DNA of 64,000 bases from Eledone cirrhosa (lineage: Eukaryota), in assembly GCA_964016885.1 (NCBI GenBank), contig OZ024742.1, positions 348,502,001-348,566,000 of the forward strand, written 5' to 3'. The notes under the pieces were generated by a model. That model searched no databases. It saw only the letters and a program-made list of their open reading frames with translations, and was not told the DNA's origin. A program made the position numbers and the translations under genes. Below, one piece after another: positions 62,701-64,000 of this stretch (the first letter of the stretch is position 1; each line of letters opens with the position of its first letter).

Positions 62701-64000
62701 TTCTACTCAGGTGTGGTTGGACAGTTAAGGTGTTCTACTGATGTGTGTTTGGTTAGTTAAGGTGTTCTACTCAGGTGTGGTTGAACAGTTGAGTTGTTCT
62801 ACTCAGGTGTGGCTGGACAGCTAAGGTGTTCTACTCAAGTGTAGTTGGACATTTAAGGTGTTCTACTCAGGTGTAGTTGAACAGTTAAGGTGTTCTATTC
62901 AGGTGTAGTTGAACAGTTAAGGTGTTCTATTCAGGTGTGGTTGGTTAGTTAAGGTGGTCTACTCAGGTGTAGATGGATAGTTAAGGTGTTCTACTCAGGT
63001 GTAGATGGACAGTTAAGGTGTTCTACTCAGGTCTAGTTGGACAGTTAAGGTGTTCTACTCAGGTGTGATTGAACAGTTAAGGTGTTCTACTCAGGTGTGG
63101 GTGGACAGCTAATGTGTTCTACGCAGGTGTGATTGGACAGTTAAGGTGTTCTACTCAGGTGTGGTTGGACAGCTAAGGTGTTCTACTCAGGTGTAGATGG
63201 ACAGTTAAGGTGTTCTACTCAAGTGTGGTTGGACAGGTAAGGTGTTCTACTCAGGTGTAGGTGGACAGTTAAGGTGTTCTACTGATGTGTGGTTGGTTAG
63301 TTAAGGTGTTCTACTCAGGTGTAGTTGGACATTTAAGATGTTCTACGCAGGTGTAGTTGGACAGTTAATGTGTTCTCCTCATGTGTGATTGGACAGTTAA
63401 GGTGTTCTACTGATGTGTGGTTGGTTAGTTAAGGTGTTCTACGCAGGTGTAGTTGGACAGTTAAAGTGTTCTACTCAGATGTGGTTGGACAGTTAAGATG
63501 TTCTACTGATGTGTGGTTGGTTAGTTAAGGTGTTCTACTCAGGTGCAGTTGAACAGTTAAGGTGTTCTACTCAGCTGTGGTTGGACAGTTAAGGTGTTCT
63601 ACTCAGGTGTGGTTGGACAGTTAACGTGTTCTACTCAGGTGTAGTTGGACAGTTAAGGTGTTCTCCTGATGTGTGGTTGGTTAGTTAAGGTGTTCTACGC
63701 AGGTGTAGTTGGACAGTTAAAGTGTTCTACTCAGATGTGGTTGGACAGTTAAGATGTTCTACTGATGTGTGGTTGGTTAGTTAAGGTGTTCTACGCAGGT
63801 GTAGTTGGACAGTTAAAGTGTTCTACTCAGATGTGGTTGGACAGTTAAGATGTTCTACTGATGTGTGGTTGGTTAGTTAAGGTGTTCTACTCAGGTGTAG
63901 ATGGACAGTTAAGGTGTTCTATTCAGGTGTAGTTGGACAGTTAAGGTGTTCTACTCAGGTGTAGTTGGACAGTTAAGGTGTTCTACTCAGGTGTGATTGG
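59745..64000 (+). repeat. More diverged right-hand portion of the same 32-bp satellite
   Basis: Many variants not seen in the core: AAGTAAAG ~59831, GTAGCTGG 60251, GTGCGG ~60345, GGGGGGA ~60509, GAGCAG ~60545, TTCAAC 60591. Small indels occur at ~60906, ~61050 and ~61123. The 19-bp monomer and the TCGA marker are absent. Confidence 0.8.

Larger units (their letters stand above)
1..64000 (+). repeat. Satellite DNA: tandem array of a 32-bp monomer (consensus GTTAAGGTGTTCTACTCAGGTGTAGTTGGACA), ~2,000 copies, single orientation, extends beyond both window edges
   Basis: Seen directly: a perfect consensus copy lies at 1021-1052, and GTTAAGG recurs every 32 bp throughout. Monomers differ by a few substitutions, commonly TAC/TAT, GTAG/GTGG, GGACA/GAACA/GGTTA and CAGG/GATG. 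I saw no non-repeat sequence and no reverse-complement copies. Confidence 0.99.

Noticed and set aside
1-64000. CRISPR array
   Set aside because: The period is only 32 bp with no unique spacers between repeats, and there is no leader or cas gene. Variation is point substitution of one monomer.
1-64000. Repetitive protein-coding ORF on either strand
   Set aside because: The + strand monomer contains TAA (and often TAG), and the - strand contains TGA, TAG and TAA. As 32 is not divisible by 3, each frame meets a stop roughly every three monomers.
1-64000. Telomerase-synthesised telomeric repeat (TTAAGG/TTTAGG, or GGTGT yeast-like motifs, on a G-rich strand)
   Set aside because: There are no tandem canonical telomere units. 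Variants are inherited in multi-kb duplicated blocks, which indicates recombination or replication-based amplification rather than templated addition. A subtelomeric location is not excluded.
1-64000. Great-ape 32-bp subterminal satellite (StSat/pCht)
   Set aside because: The monomer length is the same, but as I recall it that satellite is AT-rich with a different consensus. I see no convincing similarity; a direct alignment would settle it.
1-64000. Transposon insertion or inversion (TTAA piggyBac-type target in nearly every monomer)
   Set aside because: No terminal inverted repeats, foreign sequence or strand switch were seen anywhere in the window.
1-64000. Synthetic or information-encoding DNA, or a diversity-generating cassette library
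   Set aside because: The variant pattern is explained by nested in-register duplications plus sporadic point mutations. There is no recombinase, reverse transcriptase, expression site or coding frame to use such cassettes.

Overview
The whole 64,000-bp window is one uninterrupted, head-to-tail, single-orientation tandem array of a 32-bp monomer, about 2,000 copies, running off both ends. The consensus is GTTAAGGTGTTCTACTCAGGTGTAGTTGGACA (10 G, 11 T, 7 A, 4 C; 44% GC; G+T-rich + strand; no CpG). I found no genes, RNA genes, transposons, CRISPR spacers or unique sequence. Stop codons occur on both strands of the monomer and 32 is not a multiple of 3, so all six frames close about every 96 bp. 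It is best described as satellite or macro-minisatellite DNA, most likely from a eukaryotic long-read assembly; I cannot name the family or organism. The real information is in the variant monomers. They act as barcodes for a nested, in-register duplication hierarchy with offsets of 288, 320, 544, 640, 928, 1088, 2547, 2867, 3136, 3411, 3488, 6278, 7058, 13107 and 25663 bp. Each offset is n x 32 after correcting for a recurrent 13-bp deletion and a 1-bp deletion. A young, homogeneous core (~6.6-59.7 kb) is flanked by older-looking sequence that shares variants on both sides. The monomer has TA steps spaced 10/10/12 bp, an imperfect hairpin tolerant of its commonest variants (with a superficial Cas12a-repeat look), GG tracts, and a TATA-box-creating variant once per higher-order unit. 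I see no supportable evidence for a new protein-coding system. All counts and offsets were read by eye and should be confirmed computationally.
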